A stretch of DNA of 64,000 bases from Solirubrobacterales bacterium (GCA_044464425.1 JBIQLL010000013.1:648-64647), one strand, 5' to 3'. Shown: positions 24,390 to 33,664, counted from the first letter of the stretch. Numbers and translations are program-made. Notes: generated by a model not told the origin, from the letters alone.

Positions 24390-26096
24390 TCAGTCTTTCC
24401 ACCAGGACCGGGTGTTCATCACCTGGTCGGCGGTGATCCAGGCCCGGCGGGCGGTGGCGATCCCGTAGCTGATGAAGTCGAGCGTCTCGGGCCGGTGGGC
24501 GTCGGTGTTGATCACGATCTTCACCCCGGCCTCGGCCGCCATCCGGGCGTGGATCTCGTTCAGGTCCCGGCGCCGGGGGTTCGAGTTGATCTCGATCATC
24601 GTGTCGTGCTCGACCGCGGCGGCGATCACCCGCTCGATGTCGAGCGGGTACGGCTCGCGCTGGTTGATCAGGCGGCCGGTCGGGTGGCCGATGCAGTCGA
24701 CCAGGGGATTCTCGATCGCGGTGATCATGCGGTCCGTGTTCTTCTGCTCATCGTCGCTGAAGGCGGTGTGGATCGAGGCGATCACCCAATCGAGCGCTTC
24801 GAGCAGGTCATCGTCGTAATCGACCGAGCCGTTGGGGTGGATGTTGACCTCGGAACCGGAGAGCAGCCGGAGCGCGCGGTCCTCGTGGTTGAGCTCGCTG
24901 ATCTCCTCGATCCGCTGCCAGAGCCGGCCGGCCTCGACGTGGTTGCCGAAGCCGTGCGACTCGGAGTGGTCGGTGATCGCCAGATACTCGTAGCCGAGTG
25001 CTTCGGCCGCTGCGGCCATCTCCTCCAGGGTCGCGACTCCGTCCGAAAGGGTGGTGTGCGAGTGGAGGTCGCCCTTGATCTGGTCGCGCTCGATCAGCTC
25101 CGGCAACTCGCCCTTCTCCGCGGCGTCCAGCTCACCCCGGTTCTCGCGGAGCTCGGGGACGATGTACTGGTAGCCGAGCCGCTCGTAGACTTCCTGCTCG
25201 CTGGCGAAAAGCTCGGTCTGTCCGGTCGCGTCGTCCTTGATCCCGTTCTCGGATACGTGGAGGCCACGCGCCACGGCCCGCTCGCGCAACTCGGCATTGT
25301 GGGCGCCGGACCCGGAGAAATGCTGGAGCAGGTTGCCGAAGGCGTCCGGCTCCACGATCCGCACGTCGACGCCGATCCCGGAGTTGGTGGTCAGCTTGAC
25401 GCCCTTGTCGCTCGGGCTGCCGTGTTCGGCGACCAGATCATGGCCGGCGATCGCGGTCGCCAGCTGCTTCGGGTCGGGGGAGGTAGCGATCAGGTCGATG
25501 TCCTTGCAGGTCTCGGTCATCCGTCTCACCGATCCCGCGACCTCGGCCTCCTCGCAATTCGGATCGCTCCGAAGAGCTGCCGCGAGCTCTTCCGCGGTCG
25601 GCAGGATCTCGTCGAGTCGCAGGCGCGTGGGACCCTCGGGTTCGGCTTCCAGCCGGTCGAGGCCGGCGAGGATCTTCTCCTCGACCTTCGGTCCCAGCCC
25701 CTTCAGCCCACGAACCTTCTGCGCTTCGGCCGCGGCCCGCAGGTCTTCCGGTCCGGTCACGTCGAGCTCGTCGTGGAGCCGGCGGACCGTCTTCGGCCCG
25801 AGCCCGGGGATGCGGCTGATCTCCAGCAGGCCGATCGGGATCTTCTCCTTCAGCTTCGCCGCGGCGGGAATCTCGCCGGTTTCGACCAGGGCGACGATCT
25901 TCTCCTCCAGCGTCTTCCCGACCCCGGGCAGCTCGGTGATGGTGCCGTTGCGGGCCATCTCCTCGACCGAGCGGCCCTCGCTCTTGATCGTCCGGGCCGA
26001 GTTCGTGTAGGCGAGGACCCGGTACTGGTCGGCCCCGTCGAGCTGGTAGAGGACGGCCAGCTCTTCGAGAGCTTCGGCGATCTGGGCATTGGTCAT
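24390..26096 (-). CDS. polX: Family X DNA polymerase with C-terminal PHP domain (PolX)
   Basis: MTNAQIAEALEELAVLYQLDG..YRVLAY, HhH motifs (GVGKT, GLGPK), PHP motif DLHSHT. 568 aa. Confidence 0.9.
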   Translation of the reverse strand: MTNAQIAEALEELAVLYQLDGADQYRVLAYTNSARTIKSEGRSVEEMARNGTITELPGVGKTLEEKIVALVETGEIPAAAKLKEKIPIGLLEISRIPGLGPKTVRRLHDELDVTGPEDLRAAAEAQKVRGLKGLGPKVEEKILAGLDRLEAEPEGPTRLRLDEILPTAEELAAALRSDPNCEEAEVAGSVRRMTETCKDIDLIATSPDPKQLATAIAGHDLVAEHGSPSDKGVKLTTNSGIGVDVRIVEPDAFGNLLQHFSGSGAHNAELRERAVARGLHVSENGIKDDATGQTELFASEQEVYERLGYQYIVPELRENRGELDAAEKGELPELIERDQIKGDLHSHTTLSDGVATLEEMAAAAEALGYEYLAITDHSESHGFGNHVEAGRLWQRIEEISELNHEDRALRLLSGSEVNIHPNGSVDYDDDLLEALDWVIASIHTAFSDDEQKNTDRMITAIENPLVDCIGHPTGRLINQREPYPLDIERVIAAAVEHDTMIEINSNPRRRDLNEIHARMAAEAGVKIVINTDAHRPETLDFISYGIATARRAWITADQVMNTRSWWKD

Positions 26097-26140
26097 GCCC
26101 AGAAACTATTGAGTCGGGAAGACGGGGTCCAACCGCCGGG

Positions 26141-26764
26141 TCAGCCGCTGAAGCCGACCGGCTTGCTCTCCGCGCCACGCCCTTCGAGGATCCCGTCGAT
26201 CAGCCCGTACTCCTTCGCCTGCGAGGCGGTGAAGAACCGGTCGCGGTCCATGTCGGCGTGGATCGTCTCCTGGCTCTGGCCGGTCCGCTCGGCGTAGATC
26301 TTCTCGGTCCGCTCGCGCGAGTCGAGGATCTCCTTGGCATGGATCTCGATATCGGTCGATTGGCCCTGAAAGCCGGCCGAGGGCTGATGGGTGAGGATCC
26401 GCGAGTTCTCGAGGGCGTAGCGCTTGCCCCGGGCGCCGCCGGCCAGCAGCAGCGATCCCATTGACATCGCGATCCCGAAGCAGATCGTCTGGATGTCCGG
26501 CTTCACGAACTGCATCGTGTCGAAGATCGCCATCCCCGCGGTCAGCGAGCCGCCCGGGGAGTTGATGTAGAGCGAGATGTCCTTGCCCGGGTCCTGCGAC
26601 TCGAGGTGGAGCAGCTGGGCGACGATCAGGTTGGCGATCTGGTCATCGACCTCCTGGCCGAGGAAGATGATCCGCTGGTCGAGGAGGCGGGAGTAGATGT
26701 CGAAGGCGCGCTCGCCGCGCGGGCCCTGCTCGACCACGGTGGGAATCAGGCTGGAATGGATCAT
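26141..26764 (-). CDS. clpP: ATP-dependent Clp protease proteolytic subunit
   Basis: [18 protein letters not shown]...YINSPGGS...MSMGS. No clpX or tig adjacent. Confidence 0.95.
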   Translation of the reverse strand: MIHSSLIPTVVEQGPRGERAFDIYSRLLDQRIIFLGQEVDDQIANLIVAQLLHLESQDPGKDISLYINSPGGSLTAGMAIFDTMQFVKPDIQTICFGIAMSMGSLLLAGGARGKRYALENSRILTHQPSAGFQGQSTDIEIHAKEILDSRERTEKIYAERTGQSQETIHADMDRDRFFTASQAKEYGLIDGILEGRGAESKPVGFSG

Positions 26765-26781
26765 TTGGCTCCTCTCGTATG

Positions 26782-26837
26782 CGCAACCAGACAGTTGCGG
26801 GTGATTGCGGTAGAGTAACGCAACTAATCAGTTGCGT
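26782..26837. promoter_or_regulatory. Two inverted repeats CGCAAC-N6-GTTGCG (26782-26799) and ACGCAAC-N6-GTTGCGT (26818-26837); candidate ArsR-family operators
   Basis: Read directly in the divergent clpP / SRPBCC-arsR intergenic region. Centres are 37 bp apart. The second ends 4 nt before the AGGAGG RBS. Confidence 0.5.
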
Positions 26838-26850
26838 CAGAGGAGGTCTC

Positions 26851-27213
26851 GTGGACGAAGTGGTCAGGGAAGTGGAACTGGACAGCGATCCCGAACGAGC
26901 CTGGCGGGCGATCTCCGAGGAGTCGGAGCTCTCGGAGTGGCTCGGTGGCGAGGTCGAGATCGAGCTCGAACCGGGCGGCGAGATCAGCGTCACCGGTGAC
27001 GAAGGCGACCGCTCCGGCTTCGTCGAGTCGGTCGAGGAAGGGCGGGGCCTCAGCTTCTGGTGGTCCGAGGGCGAGGATGAGAGCACCCGGGTTGAGCTCG
27101 AGGTGATCGGTGAGCCGGAGACGGGCGGATGCCTGGTCCGGGTGACCGAGACGAGGCCGCTGGCCGGGCTCGAACGGGAGCTGGCCGACATCACGGCCCT
27201 GGCGGCGGTTTGA
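26851..27213 (+). CDS. SRPBCC/AHSA1-like small protein
   Basis: GTG at 26851 follows AGGAGG. VREVELDSDPERAWRAISE..ELSEWL pattern. Its stop overlaps the ArsR start. Confidence 0.7.
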   Translation: MDEVVREVELDSDPERAWRAISEESELSEWLGGEVEIELEPGGEISVTGDEGDRSGFVESVEEGRGLSFWWSEGEDESTRVELEVIGEPETGGCLVRVTETRPLAGLERELADITALAAV

Positions 27214-27527
27214 GCCCCGCCCGCACAGACGAGGTCTTCAGCGCCCTGGCCGACCCGAACCGGCGGCTGATCATCGAGCGCCTCGCGACCGAAGGCCCGG
27301 CCACCGCGACGATGCTCGCCGGGAGGCTCGGGGTGAGCCGACAGGGTGCGGCCAAGCATCTCGCCAGCCTTGCCGGGGCCGGGATCGTGTCCTCCTCCCG
27401 GGACGGGCGCGAGGTTCGCTACGAACTCCTCGAGCGGGGCCTGGAGCCTGGCGCGAGCTGGCTCGAAAGCGTCGGCGGCCAGTGGGACGAGCGGCTGGCC
27501 TCGCTCAAGCGGCACCTGGACGACTGA
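27210..27527 (+). CDS. ArsR/SmtB-family transcriptional regulator
   Basis: VFSALADPNRRLIIERLATEGPATATMLAGRLGVSRQGAAKHL (wHTH). TTG start overlaps the upstream TGA. Confidence 0.8.
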   Translation: MSPARTDEVFSALADPNRRLIIERLATEGPATATMLAGRLGVSRQGAAKHLASLAGAGIVSSSRDGREVRYELLERGLEPGASWLESVGGQWDERLASLKRHLDD

Positions 27528-27603
27528 GGCGCCGCCGGCGGCCGTCGCGGAAGCGCTCTGGCGGCCAGTCACCCGGAGCCCGTCCGGTGGATACGATCCG
27601 CTG

Positions 27604-28341
27604 ATGCCTGAAGCGGTCAGCACAGAGCACCGGGGCGCGGCCTGGGTGATTCTCCCGACCTTCAACGAGGCGGGGAACCTCGGGCCGATGGTCGACGCGC
27701 TCGAGCCGAAGCTGACCCGCGACGACGACCGGATCCTGATCGTCGACGACAACTCGCCCGACGGGACCGGCCAGATCGCCGACCGCATCGCGGCGGAACA
27801 CCCCAAGGTTCAGGTCATCCACCGTCCCGCCAAGCAGGGCCTGGGCCCGGCCTACCTGGCCGGCTTCCGGGCCGCGCTCGAGGGCGGCGCCGACCTGATC
27901 GTTCAGATGGACGCCGACTTCTCCCATGACCCCGCCTACTTGCCGCGTTTGCTGGCGGCCTCCGAGCTGGCCGATCTGGTGATCGGCTCGCGCTACGTGC
28001 CGGGCGGCGGGATCACCGAGTGGGGCCAGCTCCGCCGCCTGCTCAGCCGGGGCGGCAGCCTCTACTCGCGCGCGATCCTCCGGATCCCGGTCCGCGACAT
28101 GACCGGGGGCTTCAAGTGCTTCCGGCGTGAGGTGCTGGAGACGATCGACCTGAGCGAGGTCGCGGCCTCCGGCTACTCCTTCCAGGTCGAGATGACCTGG
28201 CGGGTGGTCCGGGCGGGCTTCTCGGTGATGGAGGTCCCGATCACCTTCCGCGAGCGGCAAGAAGGCGATTCCAAGATGACCACGGCCATAATCGCCGAAG
28301 CCGCCTGGCGGGTTCCCGTCTTGCGACTGCGTCGCAAATAA
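27604..28341 (+). CDS. GT2 polyprenol-phosphate mannosyltransferase (Ppm1/DPM1-like)
   Basis: WVILPTFNEAGNL...IVDDNSPDGTG...HRPAKQGLGPAYLAGF. Confidence 0.85.
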   Translation: MPEAVSTEHRGAAWVILPTFNEAGNLGPMVDALEPKLTRDDDRILIVDDNSPDGTGQIADRIAAEHPKVQVIHRPAKQGLGPAYLAGFRAALEGGADLIVQMDADFSHDPAYLPRLLAASELADLVIGSRYVPGGGITEWGQLRRLLSRGGSLYSRAILRIPVRDMTGGFKCFRREVLETIDLSEVAASGYSFQVEMTWRVVRAGFSVMEVPITFRERQEGDSKMTTAIIAEAAWRVPVLRLRRK

Positions 28342-28383
28342 GGAGTCGGCACCGCCTACGGCGGGCCTCCCAGGCGAACCCGT

Positions 28384-28414
28384 CCGTTCAGAACATCAAA
28401 TATTTGATGAACGG
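28384..28414. promoter_or_regulatory. Perfect 16-nt palindrome CATCAAATATTTGATG (28394-28409) with outer CCGTT/AACGG arms, upstream of trxA
   Basis: Read directly in the AT-rich gap. A -10-like TATAGT lies at 28440-28445 and AGGAG precedes the ATG at 28478. Confidence 0.4.
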
Positions 28415-28477
28415 TGGCCACACCAGCCACTTCATTTTGTATAGTACGTGGTCAAGACCTACGATCAGGAGACCGAA

Positions 28478-28801
28478 ATGGCACTTCCCGAAGTAACCGA
28501 CGCGACGTTCAAGGCTGAAGCGCTCGAAGCCGACGGCCCCGTGCTGGTCGACTTCTGGGCTCCCTGGTGCGGTCCCTGCCGGGTCGTCCACCCCGTCCTC
28601 GAGGAGATCAACGAGGAGCGCGACGACCTCAAGATCGTCAGCCTCAACATCGACGACAATCCGCAGACTGCCCAGCAGTACGGGGTTCTCTCGATCCCGA
28701 CCATGATCCTGCTCAAGGATGGCGCTATGGTCAAGCAGCTGGTCGGCGCCCAGCCGAAGCGCAAGATCCTCGCCGAGCTCGAGCCCGCCCTGCAGGCTTA
28801 G
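28478..28801 (+). CDS. trxA: Thioredoxin
   Basis: VDFWAPWCGPCR active site. 107 aa from the ATG at 28478, with an AGGAG RBS. Confidence 0.9.
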   Translation: MALPEVTDATFKAEALEADGPVLVDFWAPWCGPCRVVHPVLEEINEERDDLKIVSLNIDDNPQTAQQYGVLSIPTMILLKDGAMVKQLVGAQPKRKILAELEPALQA

Positions 28802-28805
28802 TCGG

Positions 28806-28985
28806 ATGCCGTTCGTCCACATCCACTGGTACGAGGGCCGTACCGACGAACAGAAGGCGGAGATCGCCAAGCGGATCGAGGAGGCGTTGGTCGATGTGGC
28901 CGGCGCCTCTCCCGAGCATTGCTGGGTGAAGTTCGTCGACTCGAAGAAAGCCGACTTCATCATTCCCGAAGCCCGGCCCGAGTAG
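28806..28985 (+). CDS. 4-oxalocrotonate tautomerase family protein
   Basis: MPFVHIHWYEGRTDEQKAEIAKRIEEAL has the Pro1 and beta-alpha-beta signature. 59 aa. Confidence 0.75.
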   Translation: MPFVHIHWYEGRTDEQKAEIAKRIEEALVDVAGASPEHCWVKFVDSKKADFIIPEARPE

Positions 28986-29011
28986 CCGGGCTTCATCGTT
29001 CAGGGCAGCGA

Positions 29012-29434
29012 ATGGGATACCGGCGTCTTGCGGCGGCGGATCAGTTCTGGCGCCGTTCCAACCAGATGGGCGTTCTCAACACCGATCTCGCCCGTCAGCT
29101 CGAGGCGAAGGAGCTCGGTGCCCGGCTGTGGCGGATCGAGCCCGGACAGGCATCCACCCGCCACCGGCACAGGATGACCGAGGAGCTCTACGTGCTGCTC
29201 GAGGGGGTCGGAAAGCTGCGGGTCGAGGAAGAGCTGCTGGTGCTCGAGCCGATGGACGCGGTCCTGGTCGACCCGGAAACGGTGCGTCAGCCTTTCAACG
29301 ACACCGAAGCAGACCAGCTCTGGCTGGTCGTGGGCGCACCGACCGAGCACGCCGACACGACGACCATCGACGAAGAACTGCTCGCCTGGATGTATCCGGA
29401 CGGCTCGAAGTTTCGGCCACCGGAGCTGGATTGA
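29012..29434 (+). CDS. Cupin-domain protein
   Basis: G.ASTRHRHRMTEELYVLLEG.G is the cupin motif 1 pattern. Confidence 0.65.
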   Translation: MGYRRLAAADQFWRRSNQMGVLNTDLARQLEAKELGARLWRIEPGQASTRHRHRMTEELYVLLEGVGKLRVEEELLVLEPMDAVLVDPETVRQPFNDTEADQLWLVVGAPTEHADTTTIDEELLAWMYPDGSKFRPPELD

Positions 29435-29447
29435 GCCGGCGACATCG

Positions 29448-29474
29448 AGTTACGTGCAAGGCTGCACATAGCTG
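29448..29474 (+). promoter_or_regulatory. Candidate promoter AGTTACGTGC-N11-TAGCTG upstream of the esterase gene
   Basis: 7/10 match and identical spacing to ACTTATCTGC-N11-hexamer at 31041 and 36928(-). Confidence 0.3.
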
Positions 29475-29499
29475 ACGGCCTGCATGTTACGCTTGGGGA

Positions 29500-30981
29500 A
29501 TGGAGAGGAAACACCGCCTTGCGCGGAGGCTGACGCGGGTTCTGCTGTCCCTTGCCGTCGCGGTTCTCTGGTTGGTTGCCGGCCCTTCGGTCGCCGGTGC
29601 CAACCAACTGACCGAGATCACCATTCCGGCGAAGAACGGGGAAATCCCCGCAGGCTGGGTCAACTATGACGGGCCTCCGCGGGCAAAGGTTCTCCTGCCG
29701 GACGGCTACAAGCGGGAGAAGCAGTATCCGTTGCTGATCCTCCTCGCAGGAGCGAACAGCAGCTACAAGACCTGGTCGGACGAGAAGCTGGGCCGGATCA
29801 AGACCACGGCGGCGGGCTTCCCCGGGATCATCGTCATGCCGGAGGGATCGACCGGTTACTACGACGATTGGTGGAGCGGCGGCGAGCGGGGGAACCCCGC
29901 CTGGGAGTCCTACTACCTGGACCAGGTGATCCCTCAGCTGCTCGAGCGCTACAACATCCGCCCCGAACGCCGATGGCACGCTCTGGCCGGGGTTTCCATG
30001 GGAGGTCTCGGTACCGCCTACCTGAGCGGCAGGCTGCCCGGCTTCTTCGGGTCGATCGCGATCTTCTCCGGCGTCGTCGACACACATCTCTTCCCGGGGT
30101 TCGGCGCCGCGGCCACGCTGATCGGTCAGAGCGCGGTCGGCATGCCCCTGGACCAGGAGGCCATGTGGGGCCCCGAAGACGGCTTCTACGCATACGGCCA
30201 TGATCCGGTGCGGCTCGCCCGGAACCAGCAGCACACGCGAGTCTGGATGGGGGCCGGAAACGGGGTGCCGACGAGCGACGGTGAGCCGCTGACCAACAAT
30301 CCCGCTACCGACATCCCGGCCGAGGTCGCGCTTTCCAGGCCGGCGTCAGACAACTACGCCAAGGCCCTCGAGGAGGCCGGGGTGGATGTCACCTACAGCA
30401 CCCGGGACGGGATGCATGACTTCGCAAACTTCCGACCCCAGCTGCGTGACGCGATCGCCTGGGATCTCTTCGCCCCGGTTGACGAGCATCCCCAAGCCTG
30501 GGTGAACGACACCGTCGCCACCAGCGGGCAGCTGTGGGAGTTCGGCTATCGATTCGACTCTGCCCCGGATCGCATCGTGAGATTCACCCGGACCCCCGGG
30601 CACCTCCACGTATCCGGCGCGGACAGCCCGGTCACGATCAGCCTCGGTCACGGATGCGAGTTCCGCTTCGCCACGCCGGGGGCTCTGGGTCTGCCGGCAC
30701 GGTGCGGCTCAGATCAGACCCGGCGTCTTCGATTGAGGGTTCGTCCCAACAAGATCCGCACCGGCAAGAGGACCGTCATCAGGATTCGCGTGAGGCCGGT
30801 CGTGCCGAAGACGGTCGTCCGGGTGGGCGGCGAGCGAGTCCGAGTCCACCGCGGCAAGGCACGCACGAAGGTGTGTCGACGGTCCAGAGGGCGGATCAGG
30901 ATCACGGTCAAGGCACCGGGATATCTCAAAGCCAAGGCTCGGGTCAAGGTCCGGGGCCGACCCGCTCCCTGCCGGAGATAG
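29500..30981 (+). CDS. Secreted esterase (esterase D / 'putative esterase' alpha/beta fold) with basic C-terminal module
   Basis: Signal-like N-terminus. YPLLILLAGANSS. Nucleophile elbow GVSMGG. Tail RRLRLRVRPNKIRTGKRTVIRIRV... Confidence 0.75.
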   Translation: MERKHRLARRLTRVLLSLAVAVLWLVAGPSVAGANQLTEITIPAKNGEIPAGWVNYDGPPRAKVLLPDGYKREKQYPLLILLAGANSSYKTWSDEKLGRIKTTAAGFPGIIVMPEGSTGYYDDWWSGGERGNPAWESYYLDQVIPQLLERYNIRPERRWHALAGVSMGGLGTAYLSGRLPGFFGSIAIFSGVVDTHLFPGFGAAATLIGQSAVGMPLDQEAMWGPEDGFYAYGHDPVRLARNQQHTRVWMGAGNGVPTSDGEPLTNNPATDIPAEVALSRPASDNYAKALEEAGVDVTYSTRDGMHDFANFRPQLRDAIAWDLFAPVDEHPQAWVNDTVATSGQLWEFGYRFDSAPDRIVRFTRTPGHLHVSGADSPVTISLGHGCEFRFATPGALGLPARCGSDQTRRLRLRVRPNKIRTGKRTVIRIRVRPVVPKTVVRVGGERVRVHRGKARTKVCRRSRGRIRITVKAPGYLKAKARVKVRGRPAPCRR

Positions 30982-31027
30982 ATCTCGGGGTTCGGCCTGG
31001 CGCCGCATGACATCGCGCCGGCGGCGA

Positions 31028-31067
31028 CATGCAGGGTCAAACTTATCTGCAGCCCTGCATGTATAAT
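31028..31067 (+). promoter_or_regulatory. 9-bp inverted repeat CATGCAGGG-N16-CCCTGCATG abutting a perfect TATAAT (31062-31067)
   Basis: Read directly. It sits 33 nt upstream of the GTG at 31100, with a GAGAGG RBS at 31087. Confidence 0.5.
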
Positions 31068-31099
31068 TCTCGACGAGTCGAAGATCGAGAGGAATTCGC

Positions 31100-32296
31100 G
31101 TGGCAGACAACAGGGTTTACGTCATCGGCGTCGGGATGACGAAGTTCGAAAAGCCGGGGCGCCGGGAGGACTGGGACTACCCCGCGATGGCCCGGGAGTC
31201 CGGGACGAATGCTTTGAACGACGCCGGCATCGGCTACGAGGAGATCGAGCAGGCCTATGTGGGGTACGTCTACGGCGAATCCACCTCGGGCCAGCGGGCG
31301 GTCTACGAGCTCGGGATCACCGGCATCCCGATCGTCAACGTCAACAACAACTGCTCGACCGGGTCCACGGCGCTCTTCCTCGCCGCCCAGGCGGTCCGCA
31401 GCGGCGTCGTCGATTGCTCGCTCGCGCTCGGCTTCGAGAAGATGCAGCCGGGCTCGCTGGGCGCCACTTTCACCGATCGCGAACAGCCGATGATGCGCCA
31501 CATGGACCTGCTGGCCCAGATCTCCGAAGTGAAGTTCCCGCCGGCGCCCTGGATGTTCGGCGCCGCCGGCCGGGAGCACATGGAGGAGTTCGGATCGAAG
31601 CCGGAGCACTTCGCGAAGATCGGCGAGAAGAACCACCGGCACTCGGTCAACAATCCCTACGCGCAGTTCCAGGACGAGTACACGCTCGACGAGATCCTCG
31701 AAGCGCCGATGATCTACGAGCCGCTGACCAAGCTGCAGTGTTCGCCGACCTCGGATGGCTCCGGAGCCGCCATCCTCGCCAGCGAGGACTTCGTCGAGAA
31801 ACATGACCTGGCAGACCAGGCGATCGAGATCGTCGGCCAGGCCATGACCACGGACTTCGAGAGCTCCTTCGAGACCCGCAAGGCGAAGGACGTGATCGGC
31901 TATGACATGAACGTCAAGGCGGCCCGGGAGGTCTACGAGCAGGCCGGGCTGGGCCCGGAGGATTTCCAGGTGATCGAGCTCCACGACTGCTTCTCGGCCA
32001 ACGAGCTGCTCACCTACGAGGCGCTCGGTCTCTGCGAAGACGGCGGTGCCCCGGACCTGATCGACGCCGGCGACAACACCTATGGCGGCAAGTGGGTGAT
32101 CAACCCGTCGGGCGGGCTGATCTCCAAGGGCCACCCGCTCGGGGCGACCGGGCTCGCCCAATGCGCCGAGCTGAGCTGGCAGCTCCGCGGCGAAGCCGAC
32201 CGGCGGCAGGTCGATGACGTCGACGCCTGCCTCCAGCACAACATCGGCCTGGGCGGGGCGGCGGTGGTCACCGCCTACCGGCGAGCCGTCAACTGA
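31100..32296 (+). CDS. SCPx-type thiolase / lipid-transfer protein (Ltp)
   Basis: [16 protein letters not shown]...[16 protein letters not shown]...[14 protein letters not shown]. Confidence 0.85.
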   Translation: MADNRVYVIGVGMTKFEKPGRREDWDYPAMARESGTNALNDAGIGYEEIEQAYVGYVYGESTSGQRAVYELGITGIPIVNVNNNCSTGSTALFLAAQAVRSGVVDCSLALGFEKMQPGSLGATFTDREQPMMRHMDLLAQISEVKFPPAPWMFGAAGREHMEEFGSKPEHFAKIGEKNHRHSVNNPYAQFQDEYTLDEILEAPMIYEPLTKLQCSPTSDGSGAAILASEDFVEKHDLADQAIEIVGQAMTTDFESSFETRKAKDVIGYDMNVKAAREVYEQAGLGPEDFQVIELHDCFSANELLTYEALGLCEDGGAPDLIDAGDNTYGGKWVINPSGGLISKGHPLGATGLAQCAELSWQLRGEADRRQVDDVDACLQHNIGLGGAAVVTAYRRAVN

Positions 32297-32323
32297 AACC
32301 AACCCCAACCACTGGAGAACGAA

Positions 32324-32758
32324 ATGGCCAAAGTCTCAGCCGAAGTGAGCATCGCCGCGCCGCAGGAGAAGGTCTTCGAGGCGATCACGAACCCCGCCGA
32401 CTACGAGAAGTGGCTGACCATCCACACCAAGTGGAAAGAGGCGACGCCGGAGGCATTCACCCTCGGTGCACAGATTGCCGAGGTCGTAACGATGCTCGGC
32501 ATGGCGAACACGATCACCTGGACCGTCGATGAGCTCGAGTCGCCCACGCGGATGCGGATATCCGGCACCGGGATGGCCGGGGTCAGGACCGCCTTCACGT
32601 TGAACGTCGACAGCGACGGCAACGGCGGCTCCAAGGTCGAGATGGACGCCGAGTTCGAAGGCCAGATGGTCGTCGGCGCGCTCGGAGCGGCGGTTGAGAA
32701 GGACGCCAAGGAGCAGCTCGACAAGTCGCTGGAGAACTTCGCCGGACTGGTGAGCTGA
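32324..32758 (+). CDS. SRPBCC-family (START/polyketide-cyclase-like) ligand-binding protein
   Basis: VSIAAPQEKVFEAITNPADYEKWL. 144 aa. Confidence 0.65.
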   Translation: MAKVSAEVSIAAPQEKVFEAITNPADYEKWLTIHTKWKEATPEAFTLGAQIAEVVTMLGMANTITWTVDELESPTRMRISGTGMAGVRTAFTLNVDSDGNGGSKVEMDAEFEGQMVVGALGAAVEKDAKEQLDKSLENFAGLVS

Positions 32759-32760
32759 CC

Positions 32761-33639
32761 GTGACCGGCACGGCCGAGGCTCTCGCCTTCGACGAAGCGG
32801 GCCTGGACGAGTGGACCGACGAGGTCGAGTTCGAGGTCACGCGCGAGCGGCTGGTTCAGTACGCGGCCGCGACCAACGACCCGATCCCGGCCCACCGTGA
32901 GGGGGATGTCGGCTCCCCGGTCTTCGCGATCGTGCCGGTCTTCCACGCCCTGCTCGCGCCGGCCCTGGAGGTGGTGCCGGTCTCGCTCTTCGGCAGGATC
33001 CTCCACGGCGAGCAGGACTTCCGCTTTCATCGCCCGATCCTCCCCGGTGACAGGCTGACCGCTCGGGGCAGGATGACCGGCTGGGAAGGGCTCGAGAACG
33101 GGACCCGTGCCTGCGTCTATCTCGAGTGCCGGGATGCGGCGGGGGAACTCGTCAACGAGCAGTACGTGACCTTCTTCGTCCGCGGCTTCGACGACGGTCG
33201 CCGCCTGGGCGAGCTCTCACCGCCGCACAAGCTGGATCCGGTTCTGCGCGAGAGCGCGCCGGCGCTCGAGTTCGCCCAGCGGATCGACGCGGACCAGACC
33301 TATCGCTACGCCGAGGCCTCCGGCGACCCGATGCCGATCCACCTCGACGAGGACGCCGCCGCGCAGGCCGGGCTGCCGGGCATCATCGCCCACGGCTTCT
33401 GCGTCCTGGCCTTCACCAGCTGGGGCCTGATCGAGGGGCTCGGCATCGAGGACACCGGCCCCCTCAAGCGGCTGGCGGTCCGCTTCGCGAAGCCGGTGCT
33501 GCCGGGCCAGGAGATCGCGACGAGGGCCTGGGCCGTCGGGTCGTCGGGTGAGGGCAAGGGCGAGTCGGCCTTCGCCTTCGAAACCGCGGTTGGCGACTCG
33601 CTCGTGATCCGCGACGGGCTGGCCGAGTTCGCGGTCTGA
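32761..33639 (+). CDS. Double hot-dog MaoC-like (R)-specific enoyl-CoA hydratase/dehydratase
   Basis: Two hot-dog halves. The second has DQTYRYAEASGDPMPIHLDEDAAAQAGLPGIIAHG. Confidence 0.8.
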   Translation: MTGTAEALAFDEAGLDEWTDEVEFEVTRERLVQYAAATNDPIPAHREGDVGSPVFAIVPVFHALLAPALEVVPVSLFGRILHGEQDFRFHRPILPGDRLTARGRMTGWEGLENGTRACVYLECRDAAGELVNEQYVTFFVRGFDDGRRLGELSPPHKLDPVLRESAPALEFAQRIDADQTYRYAEASGDPMPIHLDEDAAAQAGLPGIIAHGFCVLAFTSWGLIEGLGIEDTGPLKRLAVRFAKPVLPGQEIATRAWAVGSSGEGKGESAFAFETAVGDSLVIRDGLAEFAV

Positions 33640-33664
33640 GCCGAACCGAAGAAGGAGGAAGAAG

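Noticed and set aside
26141-26764. A solitary clpP with no clpX or tig nearby, as an anomaly.
   Set aside because: Actinobacteria and relatives often carry several clpP loci with varied contexts. Nothing in the sequence itself is unusual.
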